64,000 bases of DNA, taken from an uncultured Candidatus Saccharibacteria bacterium. GTDB lineage: Bacteria > Patescibacteriota > Minisyncoccia > Phycocordibacterales > CAIZLB01. A program made the position numbers and the translations under genes. Location: NCBI GenBank assembly GCA_964450605.1, contig CAYVEK010000001.1, positions 8,430 through 72,429 of the forward strand, read 5' to 3'. The notes under the pieces were generated by a model, which did no database searches, was not told the origin of the DNA, and worked only from the letters and a program-made list of their open reading frames with translations. How positions within the stretch are numbered: position 1 is the first letter of the stretch; every line of letters begins with the position of its first letter. Positions 32,638 through 43,517 of the stretch are shown in pieces.

Positions 32638-33411
32638 CTACTTCTTACTCAAAAGCTCATCAATGATAGGTGACACAACCTCATAAGGAAGTGCTCCTAG
32701 ACTCTTACCATCACTAGATACAAGAGGTATCTGCTGATCTTTGTATAGTATCACTGTATAAGGTGTTCCTCGTGCGCCAGCCTTAGTTCCTGCATCATAC
32801 GCCTCTTTGATCTTGTCTGCGTATTTACCACTATCAAGACATGCTTGAAACTTCGCTTTATCAACTCCTTGTTTTACAGCGATATCTGTAAGCTTTGAGA
32901 GCACAAGTCCTTCTTTGTTGTGATCTATAGAAGCATACACTGCATCAAGATATGTCCAAAATGCATCTTTTCCAGCAAGTTCATTTACACACTCTGTTGC
33001 TTCAGCTGCTTTGGCAGCATTCTTGTGAAGTGGATCTTTTCCATATGAAAGAGGGAAATGTCGATATACCCAAGCAAACTTTTTGTCTTTTCCATATGCT
33101 TTATATGCCTGTTCCATAGTAACTTGGTATAACTGACAGAATGGGCACTCGATGTCTGAATATTCAACAAAAACAACATCAGCATCTTTGTCTCCTCGTA
33201 TATGATCAACTGAAGATATAGGGGCAACTTCTATCTTTTCTTGTTGTTCAAGTGCTTTGTTTACAAGAGCTGAACCGTCCTTGTTCATGTTTGGTTTATC
33301 GTAATAAAGACCGACTGCTATAAGTGCTCCAGCTATAAGTATAGATATAGGTGTAAGCCATTGAGCTTTATTCATTCTAGGTTGTGATGTTGTTTGTGTT
33401 GTATTTTCCAT
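32638..33411 (-). CDS. DsbA/thioredoxin-family disulfide oxidoreductase
   Basis: TM anchor; EYSDIECPFC, YRHFPL, GTP. Confidence 0.9.
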   Translation of the reverse strand: MENTTQTTSQPRMNKAQWLTPISILIAGALIAVGLYYDKPNMNKDGSALVNKALEQQEKIEVAPISSVDHIRGDKDADVVFVEYSDIECPFCQLYQVTMEQAYKAYGKDKKFAWVYRHFPLSYGKDPLHKNAAKAAEATECVNELAGKDAFWTYLDAVYASIDHNKEGLVLSKLTDIAVKQGVDKAKFQACLDSGKYADKIKEAYDAGTKAGARGTPYTVILYKDQQIPLVSSDGKSLGALPYEVVSPIIDELLSKK

Positions 33412-33453
33412 AATGTTTTTGATTATATCAAGTATGTAAAGTGTCAGCTACTT

Positions 33454-34035
33454 TTAAAAAGGCAAACTGTATGTCATACGAACATCTTGTTCTAAGGTTT
33501 TTTCCCAGTTTCTGGTGTCTAAAGGTACTGTTCTCTTGTCTTTGCCGTCCATGTAAAAGAGCTTCTGTTCTCGCATAGCATACTCATATACATCTTTTGT
33601 AACCTCGACATCTTTCATACAATAGTCGATTATCTTTTGTATCTCACCTTTTTTCCACCATGTTATAGCTTCGAGTCCATTTCCACTTTTACCCTTATCG
33701 AGAGTGGCCTGTGCAACAGAATCTAAGCCTACACGACGACCGATAACTTTTTGTATTTCTTTAAGTAGGTCGACGTGGCGAAGCTTCGTGAGGTCACCGT
33801 TGTAATATTTATTCAATACAGGAAGGTCAAAATGATCTCCGTTGTATGTAACAATCAAATCTGCCGCTTCAAGTATTGGCCAAAGAGAGGGCAGAGTTTC
33901 TATGGTAAAGCTGCTGTATTTTTTTGTATCTGATTCGTATATACACATGACCGAGAGATCAAGTGCTGTGGGATCATTTTTACCAACCTCTGCAAATGTG
34001 TTCTGCGTTTCAATATCAAGTACAACTTTTTTCAT
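33454..34035 (-). CDS. RNase H-like (YprB/DnaQ-like) exonuclease domain protein
   Basis: LDIET, YNGDHFDLP, YCMKDV. Confidence 0.85.
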   Translation of the reverse strand: MKKVVLDIETQNTFAEVGKNDPTALDLSVMCIYESDTKKYSSFTIETLPSLWPILEAADLIVTYNGDHFDLPVLNKYYNGDLTKLRHVDLLKEIQKVIGRRVGLDSVAQATLDKGKSGNGLEAITWWKKGEIQKIIDYCMKDVEVTKDVYEYAMREQKLFYMDGKDKRTVPLDTRNWEKTLEQDVRMTYSLPF

Positions 34036-34040
34036 GAAAG

Positions 34041-34442
34041 CTATTTTAACACATTTTGTTTTTCTTTAAATGTGAAAATAAAATTAGCCGAGAAACTCCA
34101 AATATATACAAGTCCTGCAGCAATGATTCGTGCCCACAATGTTGGAACGTTCCACCATTCGATCATCATATACATAAATCCCATAGTGAGGAGTACACCA
34201 ACAATAGCTATTATTAGAAATAATATATAACCAGTTTTTACATTTTGTTGTGTTCCTTTAAAAACCCAAAGATGATTTATTCCGTAGTTAATAAATGTAG
34301 CAAAAATAAATACAAGAGGCACTGCTATGAGATAGTGCATATGTGCGTATGTAATAAGTACATACAGTAAAGCAAAATCAAATACAAAAGCACTTCCACC
34401 CGCAACGCCGTATTTTAAGAATTTTTTGAAGACTGTAAGCAT
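34041..34442 (-). CDS. GtrA family membrane protein
   Basis: FLKYGVAG, INY..NHLWVF, 4 TM segments. Confidence 0.88.
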   Translation of the reverse strand: MLTVFKKFLKYGVAGGSAFVFDFALLYVLITYAHMHYLIAVPLVFIFATFINYGINHLWVFKGTQQNVKTGYILFLIIAIVGVLLTMGFMYMMIEWWNVPTLWARIIAAGLVYIWSFSANFIFTFKEKQNVLK

Positions 34443-34453
34443 GGTTGAGTTTA

Positions 34454-36346
34454 TTATACACCTTTCTCACTTTGATACAGTTCTTTGTACAGATCACATG
34501 TTTTGAGCAACTCATTGTGTGTTCCGTCGCCGATTATTTTACCTTGATCAAATACGAGTACGCGTGTCGCTGCGAGCGGTATGTCGGATATGTTATGGCA
34601 AACAAAGAGAACTATTTTTGATGGATCTATTTTTGAAATATTTTCAAAAATCTTTTTAGCAGATATTGCGTCGATTGCGGCGGTTGGTTCATCAAGTATA
34701 ACTATAGGTGCATTTTTGTAAAATGTTCGAGCGAGGGCTAGTTTCTGCCACTGGCCTTTTGATGGTTTTACTCCCTTAAAAGAAACACCGAGCTGTTGAG
34801 TGTATCCATCTTTCCATTTTTCTATAAACTCATCTGCTGTTGCTAGTTGAGCAGCTTCTTTTACTCGGTCCATATCAGGGTTGTCTATCTCTGATAGGGC
34901 GATATATTCGTGAGTTTTTAGACTAGACTGGGCATAGTCTTGGAATAGTGTTGAGTAGTGTTTTTGGAGTTCGAACTGTGCTGTTTCTTTTGTGTCATTT
35001 CCAAATATAGATACTGTTCCTGTTGTCGGTTGATACAAGTTTAGGAGTAACTGTATAAGTGTTGTTTTTCCGTTTCCATTTTTTCCTACAATTGCAATAC
35101 GTTCGCCTGGGTACATAGATAGATTCTCGACCTGAAGAAGAAATGGTTCTTTTTTCTTTGCATCTTTCGTGCTTTCTTGCATTTTTAATCCAAAATATTT
35201 TTCAGATATTTTATCTATTTCTTCATTAAGTTTTCGCATCTCATTAAACTTAACTTCTGGATATGTAAAAGTAACATTTTGTATTTGTATACCTTTTTCA
35301 TATTCTGATTTAAGGTCAACACCGCTCAATTTCTCTGTGTTTTCTGTCGTCTCTAAATATAAGAATAGATATTTACAAGCTATAACGTTTTCATATTGAT
35401 CTGGTAAAAACCAAGAAAGCTCTTGCAGAGTTCCTTGCAGTCTAAAAATCTGCATTGTGATAAGTGTTGTTTGTCCAATAAGCAGGGCTCCATTTATCGC
35501 TTCTTTCAAAACAAAATATTCTATAAAAAATGCTACTCCAACAGCTAATAGGTTTGCAACATAAGTTATGTTTATATATTTTCTCCAAACACTGTATTGA
35601 TCTTTTCTATTCCACTCTCTACGTTCTTTAAATATATCCAGCATTCTAAATGCTGATCCAGATACTTTTGTATCTTTTAGTGCAACATAATGCATAAAAT
35701 GGTCTCCATACACACCTGTTATTCTTTGATACATTAAATTTTTCTCCCAGTTCTTTCGCATAGCAAACTGTTGAGTAAAAGAAATAGAAAATGTAGGTAT
35801 GGCTGATAGAAGTATTATTAAACTAAAGATAGGATTAAAACTAAATATAATACCTGCTGCGAATACTGAGTTAATAAGTATTCGTATGAGAGTTGGAATA
35901 TTGGTTATAATATTCATCTGAGATTGAAAACCAGCCCCACTATATTGTATTCGCTGGTTCAAGGTATCATAGTCTTCAGAGTCTATAAAAGGTATTGTGA
36001 AAGCTGATTTCTTTTTTTGTCTTTCTACATCAACAAGTACACGCATCTTTGATTGCCAAACCCAGTTTATTCTACGACTTATCCAATCGAAAGTTTCATC
36101 AAGTATTTGCAATCCTACGATCACAAAAAATATTGGCAATATAATACTCATCGCACCAGTTCCAAAGTTCTGTTGTAATTGGTCAGCAAGTTTTGCGTTT
36201 GCAATACTCAAAACGTTGGCTATGGCAGGGAATAGCAACAAAATACCAAGTCGGCCAGCTGTGCCGAGCCTGTCAAAACGGTAGATGTATTTTAAACAAA
36301 GCCAGAGTACGCGTATGTACTCTTTGATGGTGTAAAAATATTTCAT
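34454..36346 (-). CDS. ABC exporter, fused permease + ATPase
   Basis: GKNGNGKTT, SKGQWQKLALAR, ILDEPT; N-terminal TM segments. Confidence 0.92.
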   Translation of the reverse strand: MKYFYTIKEYIRVLWLCLKYIYRFDRLGTAGRLGILLLFPAIANVLSIANAKLADQLQQNFGTGAMSIILPIFFVIVGLQILDETFDWISRRINWVWQSKMRVLVDVERQKKKSAFTIPFIDSEDYDTLNQRIQYSGAGFQSQMNIITNIPTLIRILINSVFAAGIIFSFNPIFSLIILLSAIPTFSISFTQQFAMRKNWEKNLMYQRITGVYGDHFMHYVALKDTKVSGSAFRMLDIFKERREWNRKDQYSVWRKYINITYVANLLAVGVAFFIEYFVLKEAINGALLIGQTTLITMQIFRLQGTLQELSWFLPDQYENVIACKYLFLYLETTENTEKLSGVDLKSEYEKGIQIQNVTFTYPEVKFNEMRKLNEEIDKISEKYFGLKMQESTKDAKKKEPFLLQVENLSMYPGERIAIVGKNGNGKTTLIQLLLNLYQPTTGTVSIFGNDTKETAQFELQKHYSTLFQDYAQSSLKTHEYIALSEIDNPDMDRVKEAAQLATADEFIEKWKDGYTQQLGVSFKGVKPSKGQWQKLALARTFYKNAPIVILDEPTAAIDAISAKKIFENISKIDPSKIVLFVCHNISDIPLAATRVLVFDQGKIIGDGTHNELLKTCDLYKELYQSEKGV

Positions 36347-36441
36347 ATCGTATCACTGTACCTTTTTGTCAAACACCGTGTCAAGACACCCCTTGTATTT
36401 TGTCAAGGGGGTGATATAATACAAGTATAGATGTGATGGGT

Positions 36442-37701
36442 CTACAAACTCTTCACTTCAAACTTCTTATCCCGAGCTTCGTTTTCTCCAATAACAACGA
36501 TATTTTTTATACCCAGTTTTTCAGCCAGTTTTATATTGTCAGCATATTTTCGAGCGGTGTAGTTTACGGCTACGTTTTTATTTTCTGCTCGGAGTTCGTT
36601 TGCCACTTCGTCGGCGTAAGAAAGTAGGGCATCTTCTTCTTCCATCACACATACAAGAGTTGCTGTGGATGCTTCATATGCAGGAACAAGATTTCTTGAT
36701 TCGAGAAAGTTTATCATCGCCACATCTCCCATACCAAAGCCTATACCAGATATAGGTGATTCGTCGTTTGTTCCTTCAAATAGATCTACGAGATTATCAT
36801 ATCGTCCACCACCAAAGAGTGCGCGGTTATTTTCTGGATTTGTATCATATACTTCAAAAACAAGTCCTGTATAATAATCCAAACCTCGCACAACCTCTAC
36901 GTCAAAAGTTACGTTTGTTATACCAGCTTCGGCACATAGATCCATTACATCAACTATGTACTGAAAAGACTCATTTGATTCAGGAAAACTTTTTACAAGT
37001 TCGAGATCGTCGGGATTATTTAAGTTCAGTAGTTTTTTATCTGTTAGTGATGAAAATTCTTTTGCAAATTCTTCAGGTGATATTTTATTTTTCTTATCAA
37101 TCAGTTTTTGTAATTGTGTTGCTTTATCACCAGTAAGTCCGTAGTACTCTTTATAGAGCGCGTTTACAAAGAGACGAGAGTTTATCTTTATTTCATAATC
37201 TTCAGGTTTAGCCTTAAACTCTGTCATAATCTTTTCGACTGTTTTTAAAATCTCAACGTCATATCTGATATTTGGTTTTTTTGTAAGTAGGTCAACATTT
37301 AACTGCCAAAACTCTCGAAGTCGTCCTCGCTGAGGTCGTTCATATCGAAAACAGTTTGGAATAGAGAAAAGACGAAGAGGAAAGCCGAGTTCTCGTTTTT
37401 TTCCTGCAACCATACGTGCGAGTGTAGGTGTCATCTCAGGACGAAGTGTTACTTCACGTTCACCACGATCGACAAATGTGTAGGTTTGTTCATTTACAAG
37501 TTCTTGACCTGACTTAGCTTTGTATATTTCTGAATTTTCTAATACAGATGCGTCGTACTCTTCATAACCAAAAGATTGAACAGCTTTTCTCCATGTATTA
37601 AATAGGTAATGTTGAACAAAAAGATCGGCAGGGTAAAAATCTCGAACCCCTTTATAGGATTCGGTTGATAGTTTTTTTGTATTGTCTTTTTCGTTCGTCA
37701 T
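36442..37701 (-). CDS. hisS: histidine--tRNA ligase
   Basis: KGVRD, LRPEMT, RYERPQRGRLREFWQ, RGLDYYTG, GGGRYD. Confidence 0.97.
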   Translation of the reverse strand: MTNEKDNTKKLSTESYKGVRDFYPADLFVQHYLFNTWRKAVQSFGYEEYDASVLENSEIYKAKSGQELVNEQTYTFVDRGEREVTLRPEMTPTLARMVAGKKRELGFPLRLFSIPNCFRYERPQRGRLREFWQLNVDLLTKKPNIRYDVEILKTVEKIMTEFKAKPEDYEIKINSRLFVNALYKEYYGLTGDKATQLQKLIDKKNKISPEEFAKEFSSLTDKKLLNLNNPDDLELVKSFPESNESFQYIVDVMDLCAEAGITNVTFDVEVVRGLDYYTGLVFEVYDTNPENNRALFGGGRYDNLVDLFEGTNDESPISGIGFGMGDVAMINFLESRNLVPAYEASTATLVCVMEEEDALLSYADEVANELRAENKNVAVNYTARKYADNIKLAEKLGIKNIVVIGENEARDKKFEVKSL

Positions 37702-37770
37702 GTTGCTATTTATATCATAATATTGTGAAGTTGGCACCCCGGTATTTTTTCATGTATGCTCTGTATATAT

Positions 37771-38529
37771 ATGACAAAAATTGTCCTACATATTTATAAT
37801 TTAAAAAAAACAGGGTCTTCTTTTTCTGATCTGAACATATCTCGTGCTGAAGAGGGTTATTTTTCTGCCTACAAAAACATCGGTTACACACCACTCCAAG
37901 TTCTCGAAGAGATACAGTCACAACTTCCTGAAAAGGTATCGATGACATATGTTGGACGCCTGGACCCCATGGCTGAGGGTTGGTTCGATATAGTTTTTAA
38001 TGGAGATATGGATCTCAAAGCTCGATTGATGCAAAAAGATAAAGTGTATGAGATTGAGATATTATTTGGTGTAAGTACTGATACTGGAGATGTTTTAGGG
38101 CTTGTGCGGGCGTTCGAATCAAAACATGTTGATGAAGGTGAGTTGAAAAAAGTTTTAACGAAGACTGTTGGAAAACATACATGGAAATATCCTCAATATT
38201 CTTCACCGCACATAGCTGACCCTGAGGCGGATAAGTCTAAAGACATAGAAATATATGCTATTTCTGATGCGAAGCTTGGTGACATTTCTTCGTTGGAGTT
38301 ACGAAAAAATATTTTTGATAAACTTGATTCATCTCGTATGCCAGGAGATTTTCGTCTTGAACTTATACGCGAAGAGTGGGAAGGTGTTTTTAAAGATCAT
38401 GAAGTTAATCTACAAATCTGCTCTTGTAAAGTCTCTTGTTCAACGGGAACATATATGAGAACTTTGGCTGAGGTTGTGGGTCGGGAGTTGGATGTTCCTG
38501 CGGTGGTGTTTAGTATTAAGAGGATTTAA
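37771..38529 (+). CDS. truB: TruB-like tRNA pseudouridine synthase (no PUA domain)
   Basis: YVGRLDPMAEG, K.Y, GVSTDTGD, CSTGTYMRTL. Confidence 0.8.
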   Translation: MTKIVLHIYNLKKTGSSFSDLNISRAEEGYFSAYKNIGYTPLQVLEEIQSQLPEKVSMTYVGRLDPMAEGWFDIVFNGDMDLKARLMQKDKVYEIEILFGVSTDTGDVLGLVRAFESKHVDEGELKKVLTKTVGKHTWKYPQYSSPHIADPEADKSKDIEIYAISDAKLGDISSLELRKNIFDKLDSSRMPGDFRLELIREEWEGVFKDHEVNLQICSCKVSCSTGTYMRTLAEVVGRELDVPAVVFSIKRI

Positions 38530-38579
38530 TCTTTTCTTCAACATTTCTTTACCACTCCTTTTGATTTTCTCTAATACTC

Positions 38580-39719
38580 ATGTGTTTTACTTGTTGTGTG
38601 AATCCACAAGTAATACAAGACGTACATACATTTTTAGAAAGTTTGTTCGAACAAGCTGTGTCTTTAGGTGCGTCTGATATACATATAGATCCACATGAGC
38701 AAACTGTTCATATACGTATGCGTGTTTCAGGAATGTTGCATGAACATAAAACTATTTCAAAAAATAGATTTGATATATGTATAGGAAAGATAAAAGTTTT
38801 GTCTTCACTTCGATCGGATGTGCACGACAGAACTCAGGACGGAAGATTTTATTTTACTGCCAAGTCAGGAGAACGTATTGATATGCGAGTGTCTATTGCT
38901 CCAACTTTTTTTGGAGAAAATTGCGTATTGAGGCTTTTGCGCTCTCATAATAGAAAAAGAAAAAGCTTTTTTGAGTTGGGTATGACAGAGGTTCAGACGT
39001 ATCACTTAAAACAGGCTTTATCAAAAAGTTCAGGACTTGTCATAGTTGCTGGTCCTACGGGGTCTGGTAAGACGAGTACGTTGTATTCTGTGTTGCAGTA
39101 TTTATCGACCGGCATAGATGACGACATAGCCAACCTGGAAGAACATATGGTGACTGATAAAAACATAGTCACAATAGAAGATCCTGTAGAGTCAGTTGTT
39201 TCTAAGACCAGACAGATACAAGTTTCTCCTGATACAGGCTTTGGTTTTAAAGAAGCGTTAAAAGGTATATTAAGACAGGACCCTGATGTTGTTATGATAG
39301 GTGAGATACGAGACAAAGACACAGCACTTGCAGCTATACAAACAGCACTAACAGGCCATCTTGTTTTAACAACTATACATGCTCCAAATGCTTCATCGAT
39401 TATTCCAAGACTTATAGATATGGGTATAGAACCATACCTCATCTCGTCATCTGTGTCACTTATATTGAGTCAACGTTTAGTTAGAGTTTTTGATTATAAT
39501 CTTGGTTTGTATGGAGATCGGGTTGGAGTGTTTGAGATAGTTCCAGTTGATGTCTCTATGAGAGAGCTTATTCATCAAAGAAAAACACCATATGAGATCG
39601 AAAAACATATCTCTGATTCAGGTCATGTTCTTTTACGTGATGCTTGTAGAGATATATATTCCAGACACGTAACAACTGAAGAAGAGATTAACAGGATTAA
39701 CTTAGATATTTTTTTATGA
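38580..39719 (+). CDS. GspE/PilB/ComGA-family assembly ATPase (minimal; start may be GTG 38598)
   Basis: ASDIHIDP, QDGR, GPTGSGKTSTLY, TIEDPVE, LRQDPDVVMIGEIRD, TGHLV. Confidence 0.92.
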   Translation: MCFTCCVNPQVIQDVHTFLESLFEQAVSLGASDIHIDPHEQTVHIRMRVSGMLHEHKTISKNRFDICIGKIKVLSSLRSDVHDRTQDGRFYFTAKSGERIDMRVSIAPTFFGENCVLRLLRSHNRKRKSFFELGMTEVQTYHLKQALSKSSGLVIVAGPTGSGKTSTLYSVLQYLSTGIDDDIANLEEHMVTDKNIVTIEDPVESVVSKTRQIQVSPDTGFGFKEALKGILRQDPDVVMIGEIRDKDTALAAIQTALTGHLVLTTIHAPNASSIIPRLIDMGIEPYLISSSVSLILSQRLVRVFDYNLGLYGDRVGVFEIVPVDVSMRELIHQRKTPYEIEKHISDSGHVLLRDACRDIYSRHVTTEEEINRINLDIFL

Positions 39720-40762
39720 AAACTATAAAACACATGCAAACACGATCACTGTGGTACAAAAAGATATTTTTCTATCTCAAGTCGGGCCAATCAGTTGCTG
39801 ATGCCTTAAAAAACTCTAATACTGATCGGTATATAGAAGATATAACAAAAAAAGTTTTATCAGGTGAAAAGCTGAGTACTGCGTGTGTGTCTTGTAAAGA
39901 CGATATTTTCACGTCAACGGAGGTGTCACTTATACAGACAGCAGAATATACAGGAACACTACAAAAAGTATCTATATTTTTGAGTGATGTGTTAAAAAAC
40001 TGGTATACACAAAAACAAAAACTTTTTACTATGGCTATATATCCGTGTGTTGTTCTATTGCTTACGGTGGGACTACTCGTGGGTATACTTGGATTTATTG
40101 TTCCTAAAATAAAACCTTTGTTTTCAGATTTGCCACATATACCATTTACAACAAAACTATTGATGTGGGGCAGTGACATGTTTCTTTCATATTGGTCTAC
40201 TGGACTTTTGATGTGTATAGTTTTTTTGCTTATACACGTATCCATATCAAAACATCGTGTATATGAGGCATATCTAAAAAAGATAAAAACATATATTCTT
40301 TTACATACACCGTATATAAAAGATGTATATATATTTTGGAATATAGATAGGTGGACGCATGTTTTTTCTATCTGCCTCGAAAATAACATATCACTTGAGC
40401 AGTCTTTTTCTTTAGCGACGCAGACTATTGAAAATGAATACATTAAAGCATCTTTTTTGAAATCTCTCACTAAAATACAACAAGGTGTGCCGTGCTCAGA
40501 TTCATTGTCAGAACTTCCGGACACTATATATAAAAATATAAAAGATTGGTACTCGGTTATACGTTCAGGAGAATCATCATCTTCACTTAAAGATGTATTC
40601 AATGTGTTCTATGTCTATATGCACGAACAGTTAACTGGTCTGTTTGAAAAAACTCAAAAATACATAGAACCCGCACTTATACTCGGTATAGGTGGAATAG
40701 TTCTCCTTGTCGCAGTATCAATCATATTACCCATGTACCAACTAACCCAATCAATACAATGA
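39716..40762 (+). CDS. GspF/PilC/ComGB-family platform protein
   Basis: YP.VVL, IVPK, GE, IEPALIL..G.IV...SIILPMY. Confidence 0.85.
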   Translation: MKTIKHMQTRSLWYKKIFFYLKSGQSVADALKNSNTDRYIEDITKKVLSGEKLSTACVSCKDDIFTSTEVSLIQTAEYTGTLQKVSIFLSDVLKNWYTQKQKLFTMAIYPCVVLLLTVGLLVGILGFIVPKIKPLFSDLPHIPFTTKLLMWGSDMFLSYWSTGLLMCIVFLLIHVSISKHRVYEAYLKKIKTYILLHTPYIKDVYIFWNIDRWTHVFSICLENNISLEQSFSLATQTIENEYIKASFLKSLTKIQQGVPCSDSLSELPDTIYKNIKDWYSVIRSGESSSSLKDVFNVFYVYMHEQLTGLFEKTQKYIEPALILGIGGIVLLVAVSIILPMYQLTQSIQ

Positions 40763-41928
40763 ACTCAAGAGGATTTTCTTTAATAGAGATTGTTGTAGCG
40801 TTGGCAGTTTTTCTGATCACAACTGTATCAGTTTTATCTTTTTATGATAAAACTTTTTCTAACGCTGAATCTGTTGTGTTTAAACCTTTACAGCTTCTAC
40901 CACAAGCTCTTTCAGAGTATTCGTATGAAAAAAAAGTTTGCCCTGAAAATAGTTTAAACAATGAAGTAAAAGAGATATCTCTGTCTTCTTATATTTCAAC
41001 CTCAACCCGACTTACTGGAATCTTTATAAATAACAACAGACAATTAATCATAACAACAGACTCAGCTTCGACTACTGAAGCAGATGTTTTTATCTTTGAT
41101 ATTGATGAATCATATAACCTATTTTTGGTTAGCAAACTCGATGTCGGTCCTGGTATAACCTCTGCTCGATATATTAGTGATATCTTATATGTGTTAAATA
41201 CAAGCGTATCTTCTCATATAAAATCATTCAAAATATCTCAAAACTCTATCCAGCAAATCTCCTCATTAAAAATACCATCACTCGCTACAAGTTATTCACT
41301 TCCCAAAACGATACTTGTTCGACAAGGAAAAATATTTATAGGCTCAGAAAAAAATAGTGGTGGTGGGGAATTATTTATTTTATCATTCGATTTTAAAACA
41401 GGAGTCATAACATCAATCGACCGAGAGATAGAGATTGGTGGGCAAGTAAATGCTATTGAAAATTATGGTTCGTATATGGTAGTTGCTACAGCCGGAGACC
41501 CAGAACTCAGAATCTTTGATGAACAGGGTGTGTTAGTTAGTTCTTATGATGCTGATCTTGCTCTTGGGAATGGTAAAAGTGTTTTTACACTATATCCGTA
41601 TATGGTGCTCGGCAGAACTATAGGTAGTGGAGAATTGCATGTTTTTAATTTTAAAAATAGTTCAACGACGGAACTTCTTTCTACCGACAGGTTGCACGGA
41701 ACAGCTGATGCTATGGTGAAAACCGATCTCGATAATATATTTGTTTTTACATCAAATACAGAAAAGGAGTTGCAAGTTTGGTCGTATAAAGATATCAATA
41801 AAACCGGAATCCTTCATCATAAATCCGACATTGATTTACCGAACAGAATATCAGCATTTACATGTGATGTATCACATCTATATATAGCTCTAACTCAAAA
41901 TGATTTACCATATGTATACATCAAATAA
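40759..41928 (+). CDS. prepilin-type protein with beta-rich (propeller-like) domain
   Basis: RG|FSLIEIVVAL class III signal. Confidence 0.8.
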   Translation: MNSRGFSLIEIVVALAVFLITTVSVLSFYDKTFSNAESVVFKPLQLLPQALSEYSYEKKVCPENSLNNEVKEISLSSYISTSTRLTGIFINNNRQLIITTDSASTTEADVFIFDIDESYNLFLVSKLDVGPGITSARYISDILYVLNTSVSSHIKSFKISQNSIQQISSLKIPSLATSYSLPKTILVRQGKIFIGSEKNSGGGELFILSFDFKTGVITSIDREIEIGGQVNAIENYGSYMVVATAGDPELRIFDEQGVLVSSYDADLALGNGKSVFTLYPYMVLGRTIGSGELHVFNFKNSSTTELLSTDRLHGTADAMVKTDLDNIFVFTSNTEKELQVWSYKDINKTGILHHKSDIDLPNRISAFTCDVSHLYIALTQNDLPYVYIK

Positions 41929-42364
41929 AAAATACAAAAGAGGTATCACTGTGTTGGAGATGGTTTTATATATGGCAATATTTTCTGTATTTATAACAGG
42001 TTCTTTTTATATAAGTTTTTATATACAAAAAGTCTACGAAAAGAATGTTTCTCTATATATACATAAGTCAGCAGTTTATTTCTTTCTACACCTTGTCCAA
42101 CAACATGCTCTGCACGCTGATAGTGTTGATGTACATACTGATCCTGTAACAAAGCAGTTGTGTCTTGGATATGTATATAAAAACAATATAAGAAAAACAT
42201 CGTGCATATATCCCGAAACTCGTTTTAGAGATGTGTATATAAAACGCGTGACTGATAATAACAAAACATTATCCAGTTCTTCTATCTACTACATATATAT
42301 AGAATGGGGAGAAGGTCAGTTTGTAAAAGAATATTTGTATATACCAAAATCTTTGAGTCTGTGA
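41912..42364 (+). CDS. minor pilin-like protein
   Basis: RG|ITVLEMVLYMAI class III signal. Confidence 0.7.
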   Translation: MYTSNKKYKRGITVLEMVLYMAIFSVFITGSFYISFYIQKVYEKNVSLYIHKSAVYFFLHLVQQHALHADSVDVHTDPVTKQLCLGYVYKNNIRKTSCIYPETRFRDVYIKRVTDNNKTLSSSSIYYIYIEWGEGQFVKEYLYIPKSLSL

Positions 42365-42379
42365 TAGAGTAAAAAATCC

Positions 42380-43492
42380 ATGAAGGCTTATTTCCCAAAA
42401 CTCGATACACTCAGATTTTTTGCATTTCTCATTGTGTTTATTTCGCACACCTTTTTCTTTTTATTTGACGCCAGCCAAAGTACTGTGTTTTGGCAAAAGT
42501 ATGGATCGAAAATATTTGGGCACGGGGAAGTGGGTGTTCACATATTCTTCACTTTAAGTGGTTTTTTGATTATGTTTTTAGCATTGAAAGAGCTGCAAAA
42601 AAATAATAGCTTTTCTGTAGCTGGTTTTTTTAAACGAAGAATACTTCGTATCTGGCCTCTGTATTTCTTGGTGCTGTCTGTGGGGTTTTTAATTTCGAAC
42701 ATACCTGAACAGGTAACAGGTTGTTTTAACAAGTTCTGGTATTTTTTAGGTAACACTTGTGTTGCACAGGTGTCAGCCTTGTCTTCTCTAGAGGTGCATA
42801 CTATAACACCACTTTGGTCTATTTCTGTTGAAGAGCAGTTTTACATTGTATTTCCGTTCTTGTTTCTATATTTTGCCTGGAGTATAAAAAATAGATTTCC
42901 ATTCAGAAAACTGATTATCGCCCTTGTTGCTGTAAGTCTTATTCTTTTTTCATTCCTGATGAGATATATCAACGCAGATAATTGGTCATATATCAGTTAT
43001 GCCACTGCTTCAGTTTTACCATCACTGTTTGCTGGTATAGGACTGGGTTATGTTGTATATCGTAAAAAGGATACATATATAGCTCGTATTCAAAAAAAGT
43101 CGAAGCGATGGTTTTTGACCGCAATCCTATTGTTTCTTTCAGCTCTATATTTAAAATATCAAGGATCTGTCGGTGTTGCTCTGTATATAGTGCCACTGGC
43201 ATGTGCAACAGGTATTTGGATTTGTTTAGGTATTAAAGATAGTTCAAATATGAATACTGTAGACGATACACGGTTAAAACCAACAGTGTATCTTGGAAAG
43301 ATTTCTTATGGATTGTATGTATATCATATGTTTATGATGGTCTTTGTAAATAAACTGTTTTCAACAGTCCCAGGTTCAATGACTTCTCTGGCTTTAGTTG
43401 TTACTAAAGCCGTTCTTGTCTTTTCGGCAACTGTTCTGACTGCTCATCTTTCATACAAATACATTGAAAAATGGTTTTTGTCTTTTAAATGA
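42380..43492 (+). CDS. acyltransferase 3 (OafA-like) membrane O-acyltransferase
   Basis: LDTLR, GVHIFFTLSGFL, RRILRIWP, WSISVEEQFY, GKISYGLYVYH. Confidence 0.92.
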   Translation: MKAYFPKLDTLRFFAFLIVFISHTFFFLFDASQSTVFWQKYGSKIFGHGEVGVHIFFTLSGFLIMFLALKELQKNNSFSVAGFFKRRILRIWPLYFLVLSVGFLISNIPEQVTGCFNKFWYFLGNTCVAQVSALSSLEVHTITPLWSISVEEQFYIVFPFLFLYFAWSIKNRFPFRKLIIALVAVSLILFSFLMRYINADNWSYISYATASVLPSLFAGIGLGYVVYRKKDTYIARIQKKSKRWFLTAILLFLSALYLKYQGSVGVALYIVPLACATGIWICLGIKDSSNMNTVDDTRLKPTVYLGKISYGLYVYHMFMMVFVNKLFSTVPGSMTSLALVVTKAVLVFSATVLTAHLSYKYIEKWFLSFK

Positions 43493-43517
43493 AAATATGT
43501 TATAGTTTTTGCTATAC

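Noticed and set aside
36364-36420. Three TGTCAA copies and a hairpin as a mobile-element end
   Set aside because: Better explained as -35 elements plus the hisS terminator; no transposase or target duplication.
39772-40602. 276-aa minus-strand ORF
   Set aside because: Shadow of the PilC-like gene.
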